IMG/VR virus record: IMGVR_UViG_3300043399_000297
Coordinates: 1-64,000 of that record
Strand: one strand, 5' to 3'
Length of the DNA: 64,000 nt
Under the pieces are notes generated by a model. The model saw only the letters and a list, made by a program, of their open reading frames with translations. It made no database searches and was not told the DNA's origin. Numbering within the stretch: the first letter of the stretch is position 1; each line of letters opens with the position of its first letter. A program made the translations under genes and the position numbers. Of this stretch, positions 56,001-64,000 are shown one piece after another.

Positions 56001-58469
56001 GTGTCATATACTATAGTAAGGACAAATGGTTCAGTATTAACAGAAATTCCTGATGGTGTAGTAAATACTACGAGTACTCCTTTGTCTTTGCCGGGCCGTA
56101 ACTATTCAAGTTACGGTGTAGTGATGGACACTAATTTTGTTCACGCATTAGAAAATTTTGCAGATGGTAATGTACCAAACAACGCCATTAGAGGTCAATT
56201 GTTTTTTAATACTAATACAGAAACTTTGTATATTTGCCCCACAGACGGTGAATCTAACTTAAGTAACTGGCTCAAAATTATTTCTTCAAACGATGATAAT
56301 TTAGAATTTGGAAACATTACATTAACCGGCAACATATATGCCAATAACGCTGTAATGACCAATGATGTAATTGGAAATCGGTTAATAGGTAATTATCTAA
56401 CTGTTTATATTAGTGCTAATGTTAATGATGCAACATTGACCGGCTCATCAAATATAGCAAATATACGCACTAATAATATTACAACTGGCTCTAACATTAC
56501 ATCGGGAAATCTTACTGGCAATTGGAATTTGAATGGTAACGTTTCTGTACCAAGCGGAAATGTGTCTGCTAGCGGTGTTAAATCAGACAACTATATGTAT
56601 GCTAATGGGGTGTCTATTAACTTCTTGCAGGCAGCAGGATTAAATGGCTACATTCAATTTAATACATCAGGAAATTTAAATGCAAGTGCGGGATTAACTT
56701 TTGATACTGCTACGAGCAATCTTAACCTATTAGGTAATTTAGGTGCCGGCGGCGACATTACCGCATCTGGAAATCTTTCAGGTCCTGCAGCCAATATAAC
56801 AAATATTCCTGCTGCCAACTTACAAGGAACTATCAATAGCACTGTTCAAGCAAATATCACTCAACTAGGCACACTAACTTCAGCAACAGTTCTAGGAACC
56901 ATTTATTCTGGTAATTTAATTGCTAGTTTAAATGTATCAGCAGCAAGTTTAACTGGAAGTTTAACTACAGCCGCGCAGCCTAATATTACTTCAGTTGGTA
57001 CATTGACTGGCTTAGCTGTTAGCGGTACGATTAATAGTGGTAATTTAACCGGCGCTAATTTGATATCAGGCAATTTTATATCTGGTACATTGACTACAGC
57101 CGCACAACCTAATATTACAAGTGTAGGAACATTATCATCATTAAATGTAAATGCTAATATTACTTCAGGAAATGTTTATGCAAATTCAGGTAGAATAGGA
57201 GCTTCCTTACTATCAGGCACATTAACTACTACTGCTCAACCAAACATTACTAGCTTAGGAACATTATCAAGTGTTACTGTAACAGGAAATATAGATTCTG
57301 GAAATGTAAATAGTAATTTTTCAGGCGACGGTTCTCGTTTGACAAATATACCCGGTGCAAATGTTACAGGTACGGTTTCCTCTGCTACTACAGCTATAAG
57401 TGCGACAAGTGCCACAACAGCAGGGACTGTTACAACCGCCGCGCAACCAAACATTACTAGTTTAGGTGCATTAGCATCTCTGATCGTAAATGGCAATGTC
57501 AATTCAGGAAATGTAATATCTAATTTTGAAGGGGACGGCTCTAAGTTGACGAACCTACCGGGTGCAAATGTTACTGGAAAGGTCCCCAACGCAATATACG
57601 CTGACATAGCTGGCACCGCTGGCCCGGCTGACACTGCTAATACTGTTATACTTGCGGCACAACCCAACATTACAAGCGTGGGAACTTTAATATCACTAAA
57701 TGTCACAGGCAATATAAACGGTGCAAACTTGACGGGTAAGCATTTTGGTAATGGAGCTCCATTAAGCAATATAACAGGTGCTAATGTAAACGGTCAAGTG
57801 CCCAACGCATTGGTTGCTGGTACGGTTTACACTAATGCTCAACCAAACATTACTAGCACCGGTACATTAATCAGCCTCAATGTAACCGGTAATATTAACG
57901 CAAATAACTTTGTTGCAAGCAATTATTTTGTAGGCAACGGTTCAAAGCTTACAAACATCAATGCTGCTAATATCGTAGGAAATGTCCCCAACGCTAATTT
58001 TGCAACTACAGCGGGATATGCAGCGAATGCAGGAAATGCCCTAAATGCAGACACTGCAAATTATGCCAATAGTGCAGGGTCCTTTGGCGGAGTTAACGAC
58101 ATTGCGCACGGCGGCACTAGCGGGAATACTGTATTAGCAGCAGGAACTAATTTAGGCATCATTGGCGTTGGACAGACTTGGCAAAATTTAACAGGCAGCC
58201 GCACGAGAAACACCTCATATCGAAACACAACAGGCAGGCCCATTCAAGTTATAGTTCAAACTGAGTTTGAAAGCGACGGAGATGATTGGTTTGACGTATC
58301 CTCCGATTCAACCACTTGGATTACATTAGGTATGCTAAGTGGAGGAACCGCTTATGGCACAAATGAAGGCGGCCCAGCAATCAGCGCAATTATTCCTGCA
58401 GGACACTATTATAGATGGAGAGCAAGTGATGCCGATGTGAACTTGTTATATTGGTCAGAATTGCGATAA
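56001..58469 (+). CDS. Tail fibre protein with AQPNITSxGTL repeats
   Basis: GTG start with GGAG RBS; GRNY/ENFA/GQL N-terminal anchor; seven repeat units; C-terminal GVGQTWQ...YRNTTGRPI tip. Confidence 0.8.
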   Translation: MSYTIVRTNGSVLTEIPDGVVNTTSTPLSLPGRNYSSYGVVMDTNFVHALENFADGNVPNNAIRGQLFFNTNTETLYICPTDGESNLSNWLKIISSNDDNLEFGNITLTGNIYANNAVMTNDVIGNRLIGNYLTVYISANVNDATLTGSSNIANIRTNNITTGSNITSGNLTGNWNLNGNVSVPSGNVSASGVKSDNYMYANGVSINFLQAAGLNGYIQFNTSGNLNASAGLTFDTATSNLNLLGNLGAGGDITASGNLSGPAANITNIPAANLQGTINSTVQANITQLGTLTSATVLGTIYSGNLIASLNVSAASLTGSLTTAAQPNITSVGTLTGLAVSGTINSGNLTGANLISGNFISGTLTTAAQPNITSVGTLSSLNVNANITSGNVYANSGRIGASLLSGTLTTTAQPNITSLGTLSSVTVTGNIDSGNVNSNFSGDGSRLTNIPGANVTGTVSSATTAISATSATTAGTVTTAAQPNITSLGALASLIVNGNVNSGNVISNFEGDGSKLTNLPGANVTGKVPNAIYADIAGTAGPADTANTVILAAQPNITSVGTLISLNVTGNINGANLTGKHFGNGAPLSNITGANVNGQVPNALVAGTVYTNAQPNITSTGTLISLNVTGNINANNFVASNYFVGNGSKLTNINAANIVGNVPNANFATTAGYAANAGNALNADTANYANSAGSFGGVNDIAHGGTSGNTVLAAGTNLGIIGVGQTWQNLTGSRTRNTSYRNTTGRPIQVIVQTEFESDGDDWFDVSSDSTTWITLGMLSGGTAYGTNEGGPAISAIIPAGHYYRWRASDADVNLLYWSELR

Positions 58470-58485
58470 GAAGACAAAATATTAT

Positions 58486-58493
58486 GATAAATA
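58486..58493 (+). promoter_or_regulatory. Late promoter GATAAATA
   Basis: Recurrent motif followed by GGAG RBS. Confidence 0.7.
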
Positions 58494-58512
58494 GATTTAA
58501 CGGAGTTATAAA

Positions 58513-59733
58513 ATGGCATATGTAATTGTTAAAAGCGATGGTACTACATTAACTACCATTGCTGATGGTACAATTAATACAACAAGTACCTCATTAGGGT
58601 TGCCAGGTAGAAATTATGCAGGATATGGACAGACAGTAGATACTAACTTTGTTCATATGACGGAAAATTTTGCTGCTGCTACCCCACCTAGTAATCCTCT
58701 GAGAGGACAATTATGGTATAACACAAATACTAGTACACTATATGTTTGTCCAACGGATGGTGAATCAAACGCACTAGCTTGGACTTCAATTTCAACTACT
58801 GCTTCAGGCGGTACAACTACATTTGGCAATGTAACTGTAGCTTCCGAACTTGATGCTAATAATGCAACATTTACTAACAATGCAAATGCCAATGCTATTA
58901 ATAGTAACTACTTGACTGTTTCTGCAAACGCAAATATTTCTAATGCTAATATTACTAATGCTAACATCTCCTCTCTTACTACAACCAACATTACAACAGG
59001 ATCACTTACTACAGCAGGTAATTTGACTGGTGTTTGGACACTGAATGGTTCAGCAGGCGGTTCGGGTGCAAATTCATTAATTTTGAATACTGGTGGTATT
59101 TATATCAATAATACTGGTAATTTATACGGTATTAAAACTGACAAGTATATGTGGGCAAATGGCGACCCGGTATCTTTTGCAGGTACTTACAGCAATTCAA
59201 ACGTAGCTTTGTATCTCCCTGTATACAACGGTAATATCTTAACAGTAAGGACTACAGCAACGACATTAACAACTGGTGCTAACACTACACCGGGCACTAT
59301 GACAGGTAACTGGACACTATCAGCCGGTTCAAGACTCAACGCTACTTACGCTGACCTTGCAGAACGTTTTGAAGCTGATGAATCCTACGCTCCAGGAACT
59401 GTTGTAGAAATTGGCGGTACTAAAGAAATCACCGCAGCGAAATATGAATTGAGTGAAGATGTGTTTGGCGTCATAAGCAACAGTGCTGCGTATTTAATGA
59501 ACGCCGGCGCAGGTTCCGACAACACTCACCCTGCAGTTGCTGTAACAGGACGTGTTCCTGTTAAAGTAACTGGTATTATTAAAAAGGGTGATAGACTAGT
59601 AAGTGCAGGAGAAGGTCTTGCACGAGCCGCTAAGAAGGGTGAAGCAACTGCATTTAATACAATCGGTAGAGCGTTAGAAGAAAAAACAACCGGTGGTGAC
59701 GGATATGTCGAAGCCGTCGTTATGATAAGATAA
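58513..59733 (+). CDS. Short tail fibre/spike with C-terminal intramolecular chaperone (autocleaving) domain
   Basis: Same N-terminal anchor as 56001; YADLAE...GTVV...GRVPVKV...KGDRLV...IGRALE C-terminal pattern. Confidence 0.75.
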   Translation: MAYVIVKSDGTTLTTIADGTINTTSTSLGLPGRNYAGYGQTVDTNFVHMTENFAAATPPSNPLRGQLWYNTNTSTLYVCPTDGESNALAWTSISTTASGGTTTFGNVTVASELDANNATFTNNANANAINSNYLTVSANANISNANITNANISSLTTTNITTGSLTTAGNLTGVWTLNGSAGGSGANSLILNTGGIYINNTGNLYGIKTDKYMWANGDPVSFAGTYSNSNVALYLPVYNGNILTVRTTATTLTTGANTTPGTMTGNWTLSAGSRLNATYADLAERFEADESYAPGTVVEIGGTKEITAAKYELSEDVFGVISNSAAYLMNAGAGSDNTHPAVAVTGRVPVKVTGIIKKGDRLVSAGEGLARAAKKGEATAFNTIGRALEEKTTGGDGYVEAVVMIR

Positions 59734-59745
59734 TAAGGGTATACG

Positions 59746-60699
59746 ATGACTTACGCACAATATGGTTTAATACAAGCCGCAGATTATAATACACTAGTTG
59801 GTGGTAATCCAGTGACAACATCTGGTACCTTAAATACGGTATGGGCAACGGGCGGCTCAAATGCAGGATATGGTCAAACAGCAGAAGCAAATGTTGCTAT
59901 AGGAGACAATGTAGCCGCAGCAAAATGGGCTAACCTAGTAAACAAAACTTCTAACAGCGCAAGTCATCAGGGAACTAGCATTACGGCAGTAACAGCCCCT
60001 GCTTCAGGAGGATCAATTACATATTTGTCTGCTATACCAACTAATCTAACAACAATTTACACTAGTAGATTAAACGCAGCAACCCAGGGAACTACTTCAG
60101 GAAATACAGTTACGACTGTTTCAACGTGGTCAGATAAAGCAACTTGGACACATACTGCAACGTTTGCAAACGGAGATGCAGCAAGATATTTCTTTAATTC
60201 AGGCGGACAACTAAAAGTTAGTATGACACATCCAAGTGGCACTGGTATCGACTTGTTGTTGAATAACCTAGCTAGTAATGTAGGTACAGTTGTGTTGTCC
60301 GCCCCTACTAGCGGAACTATTACGGTAGCCAGCACTTCCTATTCTGGTATTACTAAAGTGGGCGGCGGCGGCAATGCTCCTAGTCCATATTTGACAAATA
60401 ATGGATATTATGCATTAACTACTAGTAACGCAAACGTGTTCTTACAGACAGCAAGTACGGGACCGTCTGGATATCTCAGCACAAACGTCAATATTTTAAT
60501 TAAGAGTAACGGTACACAAGGATCAAATAGTGATGCCGGATCTATTATCACAATTTATACGGTTTGGGATGAAATTCCAAACGGACTTACGGTATCGTCA
60601 GGTTCTGCGGTTACACTAACAGTTGTACCGCCGGAAACAACATATCTAGCTAATAGTTGGGGAACCATTACACTTGCCGGATCAGTGTCGGTCGTATAA
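59746..60699 (+). CDS. Virion structural protein (Ser/Thr/Gly-rich)
   Basis: GYGQ and ARYFFNSGG motifs; within fibre cluster. Confidence 0.65.
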   Translation: MTYAQYGLIQAADYNTLVGGNPVTTSGTLNTVWATGGSNAGYGQTAEANVAIGDNVAAAKWANLVNKTSNSASHQGTSITAVTAPASGGSITYLSAIPTNLTTIYTSRLNAATQGTTSGNTVTTVSTWSDKATWTHTATFANGDAARYFFNSGGQLKVSMTHPSGTGIDLLLNNLASNVGTVVLSAPTSGTITVASTSYSGITKVGGGGNAPSPYLTNNGYYALTTSNANVFLQTASTGPSGYLSTNVNILIKSNGTQGSNSDAGSIITIYTVWDEIPNGLTVSSGSAVTLTVVPPETTYLANSWGTITLAGSVSVV

Positions 60700-60723
60700 T
60701 TTTTAATCACTATGGGGTATCCA

Positions 60724-60731
60724 TCTAAATA
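60724..60731 (+). promoter_or_regulatory. Late promoter TCTAAATA
   Basis: TAAATA core followed by AGGAG RBS. Confidence 0.6.
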
Positions 60732-60747
60732 CTCTTAGGAGTAAAAG

Positions 60748-61062
60748 ATGGATACTAAAACTTTAATAGCTGAAGCAAAAGCTAGATTCAACCATAACTC
60801 GGCAAAAGAGTATCTTAAAGAAAAATATGAAGCAAAACTGCTAGTCGCAGAACAGGGTGGACTGTGGAAAGCCGATCAAGAGACTATTGCATTTCTAGCT
60901 GTTATGTCAAATGATTGGGATGATAGAGTAGTCATAATAGATACCTTTCAAAATCCAGTACTTGTAACCCGCAGTGAATTACTAACTAAGCTGAAGGAAG
61001 TTTATCGTAGCGTGATGGCTGACTGGTATAATGAGTGGAAAGAACTAGAAAGTAAACGATGA
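60748..61062 (+). CDS. Hypothetical protein (possible fibre assembly chaperone)
   Basis: 104 aa, strong RBS, ATGA-coupled to GT-like gene. Confidence 0.6.
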   Translation: MDTKTLIAEAKARFNHNSAKEYLKEKYEAKLLVAEQGGLWKADQETIAFLAVMSNDWDDRVVIIDTFQNPVLVTRSELLTKLKEVYRSVMADWYNEWKELESKR

Positions 61063-61868
61063 GTCGTGGCGTAATACTGTTCGCGTTTAACAGTCCCAAA
61101 TATAACTATTATGATATGGCAGAATATACTGCTAGAAGAATTAGACATTTTTTAGATTTGCCCGTCACTTTAGTTAGTGATGAAGATTCTGTGCCAGATA
61201 GAGTTAAACGAGGAACGTGGGACAAAATAATACGTGTAACGCCGGATAAAAATAACTTTCGTGATTGGGGGATGTGGATAAACAAAGGCAGATATATGGC
61301 CTATGAATTGAGCCCCTACGAAGAAACCATCCTATTAGACGTAGACTATATTATCAACTCAGATAAGTTGTTAACTCTTTTTGAAATTGATACTGATTTT
61401 TGTTGTCACAATAAAACTAATTTTTTAATGCACCCCGGAGTTCCTCAAGAAATATTGAGCGCCTACAGCTATGAGACATTATGGGCAACAGTTGTGATGT
61501 TTCGCAAGAGCAACCGCACACAACAAATCTTTCAATCTTTAGAAATGGTACAAAAGAACTATGAACACTACGCGAACATTCATAATTTTATCGCCCCTGT
61601 ATATCGTAACGATTATGCTCTCACTCTTGCCCATCGTATTGCTAACGGTCATAGTGTTGGTCCCCGCGATTTTATTCCTTGGGATTTACTGCACGTTGGA
61701 AAAAATACTCAAGTTTTTAAGACTGGAGAAGACGAGTTCGACACTGAATATACAGTGATGTTTGATAACTGGCAAAAAGGTAAGATTCGTAAAGAGTATA
61801 TCTTTATTAAAGATATGGATTTTCACGTTATGAACAAAGACCTATATGCGGAGATGATCAATGGATAA
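61059..61868 (+). CDS. GT-A fold glycosyltransferase-like protein
   Basis: SPYEETILLDVD (DxD), WATVVMFRK, YRNDYA, H-K motifs. Confidence 0.65.
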   Translation: MSRGVILFAFNSPKYNYYDMAEYTARRIRHFLDLPVTLVSDEDSVPDRVKRGTWDKIIRVTPDKNNFRDWGMWINKGRYMAYELSPYEETILLDVDYIINSDKLLTLFEIDTDFCCHNKTNFLMHPGVPQEILSAYSYETLWATVVMFRKSNRTQQIFQSLEMVQKNYEHYANIHNFIAPVYRNDYALTLAHRIANGHSVGPRDFIPWDLLHVGKNTQVFKTGEDEFDTEYTVMFDNWQKGKIRKEYIFIKDMDFHVMNKDLYAEMING

Positions 61869-62610
61869 GGGTTTTGTTATTATGGCACAGGGTTCTGATT
61901 ATGAAGTTTGTGCAGAATTATTGAAGAAATCTATATTGAATGTAATGCCCGACAGCAATATAACTATCGTTACTACGTCGATGCTTCCATACGGAGACCA
62001 AGCCCCGGATACAGATTGGAAGTTGCAGAATGATTGGCAAGTATACGAAGCTAGTCCATATGAATATACTATAAAACTAGAAGCTGATATGTATATTCCT
62101 AGATCAATCGATTATTGGTGGGATATATTAAAGGATAGAGATTTAGTAGTATCAACCACTATTAGAAATTTTAAACAAGAGATTTCAGATATCAAAGCAT
62201 ATCGCAGATTTATTATTGATAATAATTTGCCGGATACATATAATGCAATTACATATTTTCGTAAAAGCGAATTAGCAGAAAAATTCTTTAAGATTGTTAG
62301 AGATGTGTTTGAGAATTGGGATGTATATAGAAGTTCTCTCAAATGCAATACAAATGAATTATGCACTACAGACTGGGCTTACGCTATTGCTAGTCATATA
62401 TTAGGAGTTGAGAATACTACATTGCCTCCGTTTAAAGAAATGTCTATGGTTCATATGAAGCAGTTTATTAATAGTCTTCCAACTGAGAATTGGACAGATA
62501 TATTCATTCACGAAATATTACCGCACACGTTTAGAATCAATACAATTGCACAGATGTATCCGGTTCATTACCATATCAAGAGTTTTGCTAAGGAAGCATT
62601 AAATGGATGA
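61861..62610 (+). CDS. GT-A fold glycosyltransferase-like protein, paralog of 61059
   Basis: SPYEYTIKLEAD, YNAITYFRKS, TDWAYA, VHMK, HYH motifs. Confidence 0.6.
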   Translation: MDKGFVIMAQGSDYEVCAELLKKSILNVMPDSNITIVTTSMLPYGDQAPDTDWKLQNDWQVYEASPYEYTIKLEADMYIPRSIDYWWDILKDRDLVVSTTIRNFKQEISDIKAYRRFIIDNNLPDTYNAITYFRKSELAEKFFKIVRDVFENWDVYRSSLKCNTNELCTTDWAYAIASHILGVENTTLPPFKEMSMVHMKQFINSLPTENWTDIFIHEILPHTFRINTIAQMYPVHYHIKSFAKEALNG

Positions 62611-62932
62611 TCAAGAAGATTATGTAATCATTTGGGAACCGCCTGTTCTTGAAAAACCAGAGTTTCGTTTATACTATGACGACAGAGGTAATGTAATTAC
62701 ATATACTTGCGAGAAGCTTGATGGCAATTATATCATCATTGATGCACTGACGTTTGCAGAAGCCAGACCCGACGTAAAAGTGGTAGATAATAAGTTAGTA
62801 AAGATCGGTACCGGTTCTGTCATATCTCGTTTATTTTCATCCGACGAAGGTATTATGTGTGAAAAAGAAGACATAAGTATTGTTACTAATTCAGACGGAT
62901 GCTTTTATAAACTAAGAGTAGTTAAAGTTTAA
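62603..62932 (+). CDS. Hypothetical protein (109 aa)
   Basis: Overlaps upstream gene by 8 nt; EFRLYYDD motif. Confidence 0.65.
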   Translation: MDDQEDYVIIWEPPVLEKPEFRLYYDDRGNVITYTCEKLDGNYIIIDALTFAEARPDVKVVDNKLVKIGTGSVISRLFSSDEGIMCEKEDISIVTNSDGCFYKLRVVKV

Positions 62933-63656
62933 ACCCGCCGCTTATCTCAATTATTTGTGCGGTAATGTGTTTTCCTGCATTAGAGCAGAGTAGACTTGCC
63001 ATCTCCGCTATTTCTTCGGGTTTTCCCAATCTATTAAGCGCAGTAATACTTAACACTTCACTCAACATAGCCGGATCATTTGTTACGTATTCTGTTGTCT
63101 CACCGATAGTAAATCCTGGGCTTATTGAATTTACTGTTATCCCTCTGCTACCCAAGTCTGCTGCCATTACTCTAGTAAACGCATTCAATGCATTTTTGGC
63201 CATCGTATATACTATGATGTTTGGATCTGTTATTCTTGCGCCAGCAGATGAAATATTAATTACTCTACCTCCATCATTTATATTGTGATAAAAAGCGCGA
63301 GTCAAGAAGAACGCACTCTTGACATTATTGTTCATAATTTCATCGAAGAATTGTTCATCGGCTTTCAATATGTTACCATAATCACTGCCGCCTATATTGT
63401 TAACAAGTATGTCAATGTTATTGACTTTGTTTAATACAAGTGATGCTAGTTCCTCGGCATCTTTTTGTCCGGTTAATTTAATTTTAATTGCATCAGCTTG
63501 CCCGCCGTTTTTTATAATTTCTTCAACAGTATTCTTTGCAGCAACATCATTGTTAGCATAATTAATGATTACATTTATGCCCTGTTCAGCAAGTTTTAGT
63601 GCAATACTTTTTCCTATTCCGCGGCTTCCGCCGGTAATTAGTGCAGTTTTTGTCAT
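62922..63656 (-). CDS. Classical short-chain dehydrogenase/reductase (FabG-like)
   Basis: TGGSRGIG, NNIG, NISS, YTMAK (YxxxK), SPG, RLGKPEEIA motifs. Confidence 0.92.
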   Translation of the reverse strand: MTKTALITGGSRGIGKSIALKLAEQGINVIINYANNDVAAKNTVEEIIKNGGQADAIKIKLTGQKDAEELASLVLNKVNNIDILVNNIGGSDYGNILKADEQFFDEIMNNNVKSAFFLTRAFYHNINDGGRVINISSAGARITDPNIIVYTMAKNALNAFTRVMAADLGSRGITVNSISPGFTIGETTEYVTNDPAMLSEVLSITALNRLGKPEEIAEMASLLCSNAGKHITAQIIEISGGFKL

Positions 63657-63661
63657 AGAGA

Positions 63662-63697
63662 TATTTATTATTTACTATGTCAGAAGTAAAGTAAATA
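63662..63697. promoter_or_regulatory. Divergent late-type promoters AATAAATA (- 63662-63669) and AGTAAATA (+ 63690-63697)
   Basis: Each lies exactly 5 nt from an ATG (63656 minus, 63703 plus). Confidence 0.6.
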
Positions 63698-63702
63698 ATG
63701 CA

Positions 63703-64000
63703 ATGGACGACATTATTGATATTGCAGACTTAGACGTAATATACCTAAGCTATGACGAACCTCAAAAAGAAGAATTCTGGCTCAAGATTAAGAATATGGT
63801 GCCTTGGGCTGTCAGAGTAGATGGTGTTAAGGGAAGTGACGCTGCACATAAAGCAGCAGGGGAAGCATCATCTACTGAGAGATTCATTCTCATTGACGGT
63901 GACAACTTGCCCGATGAGAACTTCTTTAATTTACAATTAGACTTTACCGATAAAGACCCTAACTACAAGTTAGCGCAGTATCGTTGGAGAGCAGTCAATG
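63703..64000 (+). CDS. Partial glycosyltransferase-family-2-like protein (runs off right edge)
   Basis: Read by hand: MDDIIDIADLDVIYLSYDEP...RVDGVKGSDAAHKAA...FILIDGDN (DxD); open to window end. Confidence 0.65.
   Translation, partial: MDDIIDIADLDVIYLSYDEPQKEEFWLKIKNMVPWAVRVDGVKGSDAAHKAAGEASSTERFILIDGDNLPDENFFNLQLDFTDKDPNYKLAQYRWRAVN

Noticed and set aside
1-64000. Stop-codon reassignment, as seen in some large phages
   Set aside because: Conserved genes are full length in the standard code and TAA, TAG and TGA all terminate genes
1-64000. CRISPR array, tRNA genes, inteins, DGR or retron
   Set aside because: No repeat-spacer array, cloverleaf, intein splice motifs or reverse transcriptase seen; the repeats present are in-frame protein repeats

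Overview
64 kb of an AT-rich, gene-dense genome of a large T4-related (Rak2-like gene set/order) contractile-tail bacteriophage, read with the standard genetic code. The minus strand 1-16 kb carries the head module (portal gp20, small core proteins, protease gp21, scaffold gp22, major capsid gp23), a free-standing HNH-NUMOD3 endonuclease, and two paralogous tape-measure-like proteins, one ending in an M23 peptidase and the other in a lytic-transglycosylase domain. 16-22 kb holds a gp26/gp51-like pair, a ~460 bp highly structured non-coding element, a Holliday junction resolvase, gp46/gp47 and the late sigma factor gp55. The plus strand 22-64 kb carries baseplate genes (gp48/54-, gp53-, gp27-, gp5-, gp25-, gp6-like), a 6752-aa modular structural protein, tail fibres, a glycosyltransferase-like cluster and an inverted SDR gene. 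Most interesting: (1) the multi-stem, probably pseudoknotted non-coding element at 17117-17579; (2) a likely -1 programmed frameshift (T TTT TTC plus downstream stem) fusing the gp26-like and gp51-like ORFs; (3) a (G/A/C)TAAATA late-promoter system that repeatedly predicts leaderless mRNAs; (4) GT-like genes beside sequon-rich fibres; (5) a ~46-aa module inserted five times inside other domains of the giant protein. All product calls come from motif recognition and gene order by eye; no searches were run.
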